Shown here piece by piece: positions 45,674 through 52,887 of a stretch of 64,000 nt of DNA. The translations under genes were made by a program, and so were the position numbers. How positions within the stretch are numbered: position 1 is the first letter of the stretch; each line of letters begins with the position of its first letter. Location of the stretch: assembly GCA_046481675.1 (NCBI GenBank), contig JAWOJJ010000130.1, forward strand, positions 656 to 64,655, in the 5' to 3' direction. This stretch comes from Bacteroidales bacterium. Lineage in GTDB: Bacteria > Bacteroidota > Bacteroidia > Bacteroidales > UBA10428. The notes under the pieces were generated by a model. The model was not told where the DNA came from and did not search any database. It was given only the letters and a program-made list of their open reading frames with translations.

Positions 45674-46414
45674 TTATTCACCTTTATAAGTGAAAATATC
45701 ATCTGCAATCTCCTGGTTGATTTCAATCGTATTGAATTTGATGGTCATCCCTGTTTGTCCTCCCATCTTCTGCTCAATGCTGAAAGGCATCATAATGCCG
45801 TCTCCGGCATCACGGTAATCGCTCAGTATGGCATCCACATCTACCATGCCCATGGCGCCGGCATTTGCCTTCTGTTTTATCAATAGGGGTAAATAGGTGT
45901 CACTGTCCAGGTAATAGCTCGACACGCTCTCGGCATCGCTTTGTCCTTTATTCTTGGTAAGCTTCAGAATATAACATTTCACCCCGTCTACATCACCGGT
46001 TCCTTCATAAGTTACTTCATAGCCTTTTTTTGCATAATCAATAAAAGGATCTTCAAACTCAGCCTCTTCCACTATTGAACCAGCTTGCTCGGCAGGCATT
46101 TTCTGCGGTTTGGAATCACCGGTAAAAGGATTCAGCATCCATGCGGTTTGCCCGTCATATGCCTGAGGTATCATTTTTTGTCCCATAATATCCAGTGTCA
46201 TAATCATTTTATCGGGGGCTTTCTGACACATTTCAAAATCAAAATCGCCCTGCGGTGTAGGAAATGTACCTTTCATTTTCAGGGTTTTCATGTCTTTCAT
46301 TTTCTGCATTCCGCCAGCATTTTCGAAATACTTGCCAATAATTTCATCAACGGTTTGCGACCAGGCAAAGGTCATCATCATAGAGAATAAGAGAACTGTG
46401 AATAGTTTTTTCAT
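45674..46414 (-). CDS. LolA-like/outer-membrane lipoprotein-sorting-like secreted protein
   Basis: Start at MKKLFTVLLFSMMMTFAWSQ (signal peptide). Composition and layout (..KMKGTF...DFEM......YILKL..) resemble LolA-fold proteins found beside ECF/DUF4252 modules. Assignment tentative. Confidence 0.55.
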   Translation of the reverse strand: MKKLFTVLLFSMMMTFAWSQTVDEIIGKYFENAGGMQKMKDMKTLKMKGTFPTPQGDFDFEMCQKAPDKMIMTLDIMGQKMIPQAYDGQTAWMLNPFTGDSKPQKMPAEQAGSIVEEAEFEDPFIDYAKKGYEVTYEGTGDVDGVKCYILKLTKNKGQSDAESVSSYYLDSDTYLPLLIKQKANAGAMGMVDVDAILSDYRDAGDGIMMPFSIEQKMGGQTGMTIKFNTIEINQEIADDIFTYKGE

Positions 46415-46598
46415 GGTTGTTAGTTTTGAATTGAATGAATAGATGACAAAAATAATACTTCGCGGAATGATTGCATGAATTATGTCAATTATTTGCAAAA
46501 AATAAAACACTGCTGAAATTATCTGTAATATTTTCCCGGGCATGTCGTCTTATACATACAAACAGATTTTGTTACACAAACATTAAAAACCATCCTAT

Positions 46599-47111
46599 AT
46601 GAAAAAAATAATGCTTGGATTAATTATCCTTTGTTTTGCAGGGGTTGCCTCTGCACAGAAAGACCCGGTAAGTGCCTTGTTTGAAAAATACAACGGTGTT
46701 GCCGGCTTTACCACAGTGAATGTAACCGGAGACATGCTGAAACTAATTTCGCAGGCCGAAGCTCAGCGCAGGGATACCACCTTTGCCTCCACCTTATCGG
46801 AAATCAGAATTCTGGCTATCGAAAAAGGTTGCGACAAGCCTGCCGGTATCAATCTGCGGTCGGAATTGTACGACAAACTCGACAAGTCAGTTTACAAGGA
46901 AATGGTGAGTGTGAAGAAAGAAGGTGAAGATGTGGTCATCATGATGAAGGAAAACAAGGGTCGTATTGCAGAAATCCTGATACTGGCCGGAGGTGATGGC
47001 GAAAATGCACTCATCCAGGTAAAGGGCGATATGTTAATGAGCGAAATGGCCGACATGGCAGGCAAGTACCAGATGCAGGGATTTGAACACCTGAAAAAGC
47101 TGGAAAAGTAA
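46599..47111 (+). CDS. DUF4252 domain protein (secreted)
   Basis: Signal peptide plus FEKYNGVAGFTTVNVTGDMLKL and a late ...ILILAGGDGENALIQVKGDM.. segment, typical of DUF4252. Confidence 0.75.
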   Translation: MKKIMLGLIILCFAGVASAQKDPVSALFEKYNGVAGFTTVNVTGDMLKLISQAEAQRRDTTFASTLSEIRILAIEKGCDKPAGINLRSELYDKLDKSVYKEMVSVKKEGEDVVIMMKENKGRIAEILILAGGDGENALIQVKGDMLMSEMADMAGKYQMQGFEHLKKLEK

Positions 47112-47149
47112 TTATCTTTGTTCAGGCTTTGGTTTAAAAGGCAGGCTAC

Positions 47150-47695
47150 ATGGATGCAAATGATTTTGAAAAGAACATGCTACCATTGAGCGGTAAACTT
47201 TACCGCTTTGCCTGCCTGCTGCTTAGGGATAAAAACGAAGCTGAAGATGCCATCCAGGAAGTTTATTTGAAGCTTTGGAAGATCAGGGATTCGCTGGAAT
47301 CGTTGAAAAGCATTGAAGCTTTTGCAATGAAAATGACAAAAAACTGGTGTCTCGACCGGATTAAAGCAAGAAAACCGGTATATATTGAAAGCTACCAGAA
47401 ATGGTATGACAAACGAACCGAAGATGATGATCCACACCGGATATTGGAAAACACCGATAAACTCGGTCTGCTGCACCGGATACTGGATCAGCTTCCTGAA
47501 CAGCAACGGCACATTGTTCAATTGAGAGAGCTGGATGGACTTGAATTTGAAGAAATAAGCGAAGTAATGGATATGCAGGTTAATGCCGTTAGGGTTAACC
47601 TTTCGAGGGCACGTAACCGGATTAAAGAAGTAATGCAAAAGTATGAATCAGATGGATATAAATCGAATCCGACAACTGTTGGAAAGCTACTTTGA
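47150..47695 (+). CDS. ECF-subfamily RNA polymerase sigma-70 factor
   Basis: Region 2 (AEDAIQEVYLKLW) and region 4 (LPEQQRHIVQLRELDGLEFEEISEVMDMQVNAVRVNLSRARNRI). Confidence 0.9.
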   Translation: MDANDFEKNMLPLSGKLYRFACLLLRDKNEAEDAIQEVYLKLWKIRDSLESLKSIEAFAMKMTKNWCLDRIKARKPVYIESYQKWYDKRTEDDDPHRILENTDKLGLLHRILDQLPEQQRHIVQLRELDGLEFEEISEVMDMQVNAVRVNLSRARNRIKEVMQKYESDGYKSNPTTVGKLL

Positions 47696-48215
47696 GGGCG
47701 CTACCACGCTGGATGAGGAGCGCATACTCAGAGATTATTTTACAGGTGATCAGCAGATTGAAGACGACCTGATCCCCTACAGGTCACAATTCACCCTGCT
47801 CAATAAGGCCTCGTTACCTCCGGATGAAAGTGATGCCCTGGAGGCAAAAATCATGAGCCGGATATTGAGCATGGAGGCCGACGGAGTAGTTAAAATCAGG
47901 AAAATGCCACTCAGGCGTATGCTCATGGCTGCTTCAATTGCGGCTGCAATTGGCCTTTCGGCACTGCTTCTTAACCGTTTCCATAACGGTGAATCAAAGG
48001 ATACTTATGCGGATCCGCATCTGGCTTACCAGGAAACACAGAAAACCTTGCTTTACATTTCGCAGAAAATGAATCATGGTCTTGAACCTTTAAACAACGT
48101 ATCTAAAATAAATACCGGAGCCGACCAACTTCGTAATATCGGTAAAATGGATGAAAGCCTGGGCATGCTGAACCTGGTTTCCATAATCAACCAATCGTCA
48201 AATATGAAAAAATAA
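47643..48215 (+). CDS. Putative anti-sigma factor (single-pass membrane protein)
   Basis: Position directly after the ECF sigma gene. N-terminal IRQLLESYFEGATTLDEERILRDYF motif common in Bacteroidota ECF partners, and one TM (MLMAASIAAAIGLSALLL). Overlaps the sigma gene by 53 nt (or 44 nt if it starts at the second Met). Confidence 0.6.
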   Translation: MNQMDINRIRQLLESYFEGATTLDEERILRDYFTGDQQIEDDLIPYRSQFTLLNKASLPPDESDALEAKIMSRILSMEADGVVKIRKMPLRRMLMAASIAAAIGLSALLLNRFHNGESKDTYADPHLAYQETQKTLLYISQKMNHGLEPLNNVSKINTGADQLRNIGKMDESLGMLNLVSIINQSSNMKK

Positions 48216-48222
48216 TACAGAC

Positions 48223-48747
48223 ATGAAAACAATCCTATTAATCACCTGTACCCTGGTACTTACTGCCGGTTTGCAGGCCCAGAGCATCATGGATAAGCTT
48301 TTTGACAAGTACTCCGGTACTGAAGGATATACATCGGTGTACATTTCCAAGTACATGTTTGATATGTTCCGCAGCAATGATGCCACTGTGAAATCTGATG
48401 ACGACATGAACGAGGTAATCAGTAAGCTCGATTGCATAAAGATTCTGGTTACCGATGACGACCCGGCCACACTGGCTCCGGTAAACCTGTACCAGGAGAT
48501 CATGAAAGTCATCCCTTCATCGCCATATAAAGAAATCATGGTGGTTAAAGAGAAGGATCAGGATATCAAATTCTACGTCAGGGAAGATAAGAACCGGAAA
48601 ATTGCCGAATTGCTGATGGTCATCGGTGGTAAAGATGAGAATGTGCTGATCAGTATTCAGGGTGATATCGATATGAAGAACATCTCGAAACTGGCCAAAA
48701 GCATGAACATTGAGGGAATAGAAAACCTGGAAAAAATGAAAGAGTAG
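48223..48747 (+). CDS. DUF4252 domain protein (secreted), second copy
   Basis: Signal peptide plus FDKYSGTEGYTSVYISKYMFDMF and ELLMVIGGKDENVLISIQGDI, paralogous to 46599-47111. Confidence 0.75.
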   Translation: MKTILLITCTLVLTAGLQAQSIMDKLFDKYSGTEGYTSVYISKYMFDMFRSNDATVKSDDDMNEVISKLDCIKILVTDDDPATLAPVNLYQEIMKVIPSSPYKEIMVVKEKDQDIKFYVREDKNRKIAELLMVIGGKDENVLISIQGDIDMKNISKLAKSMNIEGIENLEKMKE

Positions 48748-48778
48748 GGCATGAGATTGTGAAAAAAGCCAGAAAATT

Positions 48779-48806
48779 AGCGGAGTCTCCTGACTCCGCT
48801 TTTTTT
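48779..48806 (+). terminator. Intrinsic terminator
   Basis: AGCGGAGTC-TCCT-GACTCCGCT followed by TTTTTT. Confidence 0.8.
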
Positions 48807-48822
48807 GACTTCTACAAAGCCA

Positions 48823-49737
48823 CTATTTCTCAAACGGATTTTCTTTTTCAAAATCCGGCCGGTAATTGCCTGAGCTTTCAAAATCCTGTATCCATCCTTT
48901 GTGAAAACCAAGTGCTTCCATCGCATCCAACACCTCCTGATATTCCTGTGCGCTGATCTTTCTGTCCAACTGCGAATGCCGGGCCACTCGGGCAGTGGGA
49001 TAGTATTGCGACATCAGGGAAATGCTTACCTCCGGTGACAATTCTTTCGCAATCCATTTCAAAATACCAATTGAATCGCTTGCCTGTCCGGGTAGTACCA
49101 GGTGCCTGATAATCAAACCTGTTACTGCTTGCCCGTTATCGTTTAACACCACTGTACTTCCCTTTTGCCTGAACATTTCCCTGAGCGCTTCCCGGGCGTG
49201 TCCGGGATAATCTTTCGCACCGGAATACTTCCTGGCTGCTATGGGATCGAGGTATTTGAAATCAGGAAGATATACATCAATTAATCCCTCTAAACTCTTC
49301 AGGATCTCCACTTTATCGTAGCCGTTTGAATTGTAAACGGTGATGGGAGCATACCCCGATTTGTGCAGTTCATGGATGATGGCCCTGACATGAGGCGTGA
49401 AATGGGTAGGCGATACAAACCCCACGGCTTCAATGCCCTGATCGAGGATGGCAATGATCTGCCGGGTGATTTCTTCAAGTGTATATTCCTGGTCTGGTTT
49501 CCGGTTTTTCCGGCAACTGATCTGGTAATTCTGACAATACAGGCACTGTAGGTTGCAACCTGTAAAAAAAACATTACAAATACCTTTTGATCCGCCTATC
49601 GGGGGTTCTTCGCCCTGGTGTATGCATACAGAGGCAACGTGGAAGCCGGCATCACATCCGCAGTAACCAGTTTCACCGGCAATGCGGTTTACCCCGCAGT
49701 TTCTCGGACACAACAAGCAATTACCAAGCCCTTCCAA
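48823..49737 (-). CDS. Radical SAM protein, PflX-like (putative glycyl-radical activase-like family)
   Basis: CNLQCLYCQNYQIS CxxxCxxC motif preceded by an N-terminal Cys-rich stretch (CLLCPRNCGVNR...CGC). 304 aa, standalone. Confidence 0.8.
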   Translation of the reverse strand: MEGLGNCLLCPRNCGVNRIAGETGYCGCDAGFHVASVCIHQGEEPPIGGSKGICNVFFTGCNLQCLYCQNYQISCRKNRKPDQEYTLEEITRQIIAILDQGIEAVGFVSPTHFTPHVRAIIHELHKSGYAPITVYNSNGYDKVEILKSLEGLIDVYLPDFKYLDPIAARKYSGAKDYPGHAREALREMFRQKGSTVVLNDNGQAVTGLIIRHLVLPGQASDSIGILKWIAKELSPEVSISLMSQYYPTARVARHSQLDRKISAQEYQEVLDAMEALGFHKGWIQDFESSGNYRPDFEKENPFEK

Positions 49738-49777
49738 AACAATCTTAAAATAAAACTTGCTTTTTTCGAAATATTAC

Positions 49778-49785
49778 TAAATTTG
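49778..49785 (+). promoter_or_regulatory. Candidate -7 box (TAAATTTG) for tRNA-Lys(CTT)
   Basis: Matches TAnnTTTG 10 nt upstream of the mature tRNA 5' end. A CTTG lies 18 nt further upstream as a weak -33 element. Confidence 0.35.
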
Positions 49786-49795
49786 CACCCGCTTT

Positions 49796-49868
49796 CGGTC
49801 CGTAGCTCAGCTGGTAGAGCACGTGACTCTTAATCATGGGGTCGAGGGTTCGAGCCCCTCCGGACCGA
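49796..49868 (+). tRNA. tRNA-Lys (anticodon CTT)
   Basis: CGGTCCG-TA-GCTC-AGCTGGTA-GAGC-A-CGTGA-CTCTTAA-TCATG-GGGTC-GAGGG-TTCGAGC-CCCTC-CGGACCG-A, folded by hand. Confidence 0.92.
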
Positions 49869-49874
49869 CAAACA

Positions 49875-49909
49875 AACCTGACAGTCACTTACGACGCGTC
49901 GGGTTTTTT
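49875..49909 (+). terminator. Probable terminator after tRNA-Lys(CTT)
   Basis: AACCTGAC ... GTCGGGTT (8 bp including one G-U, 15-nt loop) followed by TTTTTGTTTTTG. Overlaps the last codons of the convergent CDS. Confidence 0.5.
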
Positions 49910-51102
49910 GTTTTTGTATTGCTTCTCATACTTTTCAAAGCCTGGTCAAAATCAGACACCAGGTCGTCAATATGCTCAAGCCCTACTGAAACCCTGATCA
50001 GTCCGTCGGTAATACCTGACTGCTTTCTTTCTTCGGGCGACAATTTCGAGTGTGTCGTGGTTGCTGGGTGCGTAACGGTAGTTCTGGTATCACCCAGGTT
50101 AGAAGAAATGGAAACCAGCTTCAGGTGATTTAAAAAATTCAGGGCATTTTTGGCGCCACCCCTGATTTCAACAGATAAAAGTCCTCCCCCCAGGCTCATC
50201 TGCTTTATCGCCACAGCATATTGCGGATGAGAAGGGAGAAAAGGATATTTAACCCGGGCTACCCCCGGTTTCTTTTCCAGAAAAGAAGCCAGCTTAAGTG
50301 CATTGCTGCAGTGCTTTTCCATTCGTGCTGAAAGCGTTTCAAGGCTTTTTGAAAGAATCCAGGCTATATGAGGCGACATAACCGGCCCGGTTACCTTAGC
50401 CAGCAGCCGTACGTCAGCCATGGTGTCCTTATTTCCCAATACAGCACCACCCATGGTACGGCCCTGCCCGTCGATGAATTTGGTGGTTGAATGAACCACC
50501 AGGTCAGCACCAAAACGGATTGGGTTCTGGATAAGCGGAGAGGCAAAGCTGTTGTCAACAACCAGGTATAAATTATTCTTTTCAGCGATCCGGCCAAGCC
50601 ATTTCAGATCGATGATATCCATACCCGGATTTGAAGGAGTTTCGGCGTAAAGCAGTCGGGTATTAGGAAGGATAGCGTTTTCCCACTCCTGCTTGTTGTT
50701 GATGTCGGCATAGGTATGTGAAATACCCCATCGCGAAAGAATCTGGGTGAGCAGGGTATGGGTGGCGCCAAAAACCTGGCGGCAAGCAAGCACATGATCA
50801 CCGGGTCGAAGTAACGATGCCAGGCTCAGATACACTGCGGCCATCCCGGATGCTGTTGCAACACCATCTTCGGCTCCTTCCAAAGCACATAGCTTGGTGA
50901 TGAGTTCATCGGTGTTGGGATTTGCATACCGGGAATACATATAACCCAGGCTTTCGTCGATAAAAACACCACGGGCTTCCTCTGCACTGTCGAAAACAAA
51001 GCTTGAAGTTTCATAAACAGGCACACTATGCTCCTTGTATTTCGACCGTTGTGCCTGAATCCTGACCGCAAGCGTTTCCTTTCTTACCTGATCCTTCCTC
51101 AT
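49885..51102 (-). CDS. PLP-dependent trans-sulfuration family enzyme (MetZ/MetY/methionine gamma-lyase-like)
   Basis: Cys/Met-metabolism PLP family: YSRYANPN, ASGMAA, DNSFASP, HSTTKFIDGQG (PLP-Lys), SLGDTRT. 405 aa. Subfamily cannot be decided by eye. Confidence 0.85.
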   Translation of the reverse strand: MRKDQVRKETLAVRIQAQRSKYKEHSVPVYETSSFVFDSAEEARGVFIDESLGYMYSRYANPNTDELITKLCALEGAEDGVATASGMAAVYLSLASLLRPGDHVLACRQVFGATHTLLTQILSRWGISHTYADINNKQEWENAILPNTRLLYAETPSNPGMDIIDLKWLGRIAEKNNLYLVVDNSFASPLIQNPIRFGADLVVHSTTKFIDGQGRTMGGAVLGNKDTMADVRLLAKVTGPVMSPHIAWILSKSLETLSARMEKHCSNALKLASFLEKKPGVARVKYPFLPSHPQYAVAIKQMSLGGGLLSVEIRGGAKNALNFLNHLKLVSISSNLGDTRTTVTHPATTTHSKLSPEERKQSGITDGLIRVSVGLEHIDDLVSDFDQALKSMRSNTKTKNPTRRK

Positions 51103-51104
51103 TA

Positions 51105-51452
51105 TTACTTGGTTTCCTTCTTCTTGGGTTTGACTTCTTTCTTGGCTGATACAGCAGCTTTGGCAGGTTTTGCAGTTTCTTTGACCGCCTTAGGTTCTTT
51201 AACCACCTTTTCTGCTTTTTTGGTTTCTTTTACTTCCTTAGGAGTTTCATTAACCTCAACAATTTCAACAGGTTCTATTACTTCTTTCGGAGTTTTTACT
51301 TCTTTCGGAGCCTTAACTTCCTTCACCTCCTTTTTCTTGTCGGCAACAGGCACTACGGGCTTCTTAGCTTTTGCCGACTTTTTTGGCCTTCTAACACCGA
51401 ATGAACCCTGGAATAACTTCCCTTTCTTGGTTTTTTTATCTCCTTTTCCCAT
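51105..51452 (-). CDS. 30S ribosomal protein THX with long Lys/Glu/Val/Pro-rich C-terminal extension
   Basis: N-terminus MGKGDKKTKKGKLFQGSFGVRRPKK closely resembles Thermus Thx ([25 protein letters not shown]). It is followed by about 85 aa of (P)KEVK-type repeats. The stop is 2 nt from the downstream ATG. Confidence 0.75.
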   Translation of the reverse strand: MGKGDKKTKKGKLFQGSFGVRRPKKSAKAKKPVVPVADKKKEVKEVKAPKEVKTPKEVIEPVEIVEVNETPKEVKETKKAEKVVKEPKAVKETAKPAKAAVSAKKEVKPKKKETK

Positions 51453-51581
51453 TTTATTAGTTTTAAGTATTTAATTATGGTTGTTCGTATCAGCAGGAAT
51501 TAATTAATCCTCCTATCTTTGCCGGTCGATTTACGACCGTTTGGACAATTCTGAATCCATAAAAATAGCATATTTACAACA

Positions 51582-52241
51582 ATGTACAAATACAAACATG
51601 TAATTTTTGACCTCGACGGTACTTTGTCTGATTCCCGAAAAGGTATTTACAACGCGTATTACTATACATTTGAAAAACTTGGTTTGTCAGATCCTGGTGA
51701 TGAGCCATTGAAAACACTCATCGGTCCGCCCCTTCAAAAAGGGTTTGCGGATTTGTTCAACCTGCAGGGTGCAGAAATTGAGCATGCTGTTAAAGTATTT
51801 CGCGAGTACTACTCAACTAAAGGCTTGTTTGAGAATGCATTATATGATGGCATCACTGAGTTGCTGGAACAGCTCACACGTGAAGGCGTTTTGCTGTATG
51901 TTGCCACGGCCAAATACCAGGTCTTTGCCAACCAGGTACTTGACCATTTCGGGATCAGCAGGTATTTTCAGGAAATAAGTGGAGCCGATTACCAGGGAAA
52001 CCATGCAGCTAAAATTGATATCGTGGCCGGTATTCTCAGAAGAAATGGCATTCACGATCCGGATTCCGTGGTTGTGGTTGGCGATACCCGTTATGATATT
52101 GAGGCTGCAGCGGAACTTGAAATCGATTCGATTGGAGTGACATACGGGTTCACAACTGAAGCAGAAATTGCCGCTTGCAATCCCGATTATATTGCTTCAC
52201 GGGTAAGTGATTTGTACCCATTGCTGCTGGAATTGAATTAA
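51582..52241 (+). CDS. HAD-superfamily hydrolase (phosphoglycolate phosphatase-like)
   Basis: VIFDLDGTLSDS (motif I), ATAK (motif II region), VGDTRYDIEAA (motif IV). Confidence 0.85.
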   Translation: MYKYKHVIFDLDGTLSDSRKGIYNAYYYTFEKLGLSDPGDEPLKTLIGPPLQKGFADLFNLQGAEIEHAVKVFREYYSTKGLFENALYDGITELLEQLTREGVLLYVATAKYQVFANQVLDHFGISRYFQEISGADYQGNHAAKIDIVAGILRRNGIHDPDSVVVVGDTRYDIEAAAELEIDSIGVTYGFTTEAEIAACNPDYIASRVSDLYPLLLELN

Positions 52242-52261
52242 TTTCCGGATTCTGCCATATT

Positions 52262-52807
52262 TCAGGCAAGCTTCTTCAATATTTTCTTTCCACGGCTTTT
52301 TAATCCAACTGAAAATTCAGGCATCTGCGTTTCAATTAAAACGCCAAGTTCATTTTTGATTTCCGGTATTTCAGTGCTCAAATGGTAAAGGACATCCATG
52401 CTATAGGCTTTGACAGCAATTGAATAGTTACCGGCCAGGTAATCAAAACACAGGTTCAGGAGAATCGACTTATTTCTGTTGCTCAGGTTCAACGGTACTT
52501 CCGAAAAGATCTTAAGAAAATTGCGAAGTGGTCCATCTGATTCCAGTTTGCCTAAGTGATTAATGATTCTGGAGACATGGGGTTTCAGCATTTCAGGAAA
52601 CCTGCAGCAGCAGATGGATACAACCCGGGATGCACGTTGCGACCAGGGTTCGTTGCCGGAGCATGAAATTTCGAGTAAAGGTTCAATTAATTCCGGTTTT
52701 TCGATTACCATATTGACAGTTAACTCAGCCAGGTTTTTACTTGAATCGCCCAGGTGTTCTTTTACTTTTTGCAGCGAAATCTGCTCCGCCGGTTTATTTT
52801 TTGCCAT
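52262..52807 (-). CDS. Hypothetical protein (helical, HEAT/ARM-like?)
   Basis: 181-aa ORF with helical-repeat-like composition. No motif recognised. Confidence 0.45.
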   Translation of the reverse strand: MAKNKPAEQISLQKVKEHLGDSSKNLAELTVNMVIEKPELIEPLLEISCSGNEPWSQRASRVVSICCCRFPEMLKPHVSRIINHLGKLESDGPLRNFLKIFSEVPLNLSNRNKSILLNLCFDYLAGNYSIAVKAYSMDVLYHLSTEIPEIKNELGVLIETQMPEFSVGLKSRGKKILKKLA

Positions 52808-52887
52808 AAATTATAATTGCAAACAAGGCTTATAAAAATACACAAAAAAACTAACTTTGCACCAACCATCTATCAAGAGTGACTTTC

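Noticed and set aside
51028-51474. 148-aa plus-strand ORF opposite the THX gene
   Set aside because: It is the mirror image of the K/E/V/P repeat (it reads as an S/F/L/T-rich low-complexity sequence). The minus-strand frame carries the conserved THX core.
51495-51511. AGGAATTAATTAATCCT as a perfect palindromic operator between the THX operon and the HAD gene
   Set aside because: On checking base by base, only the inner ATTAATTAAT is palindromic, and the AGGA/TCCT arms are offset by one position. That is too weak to call a regulatory site.
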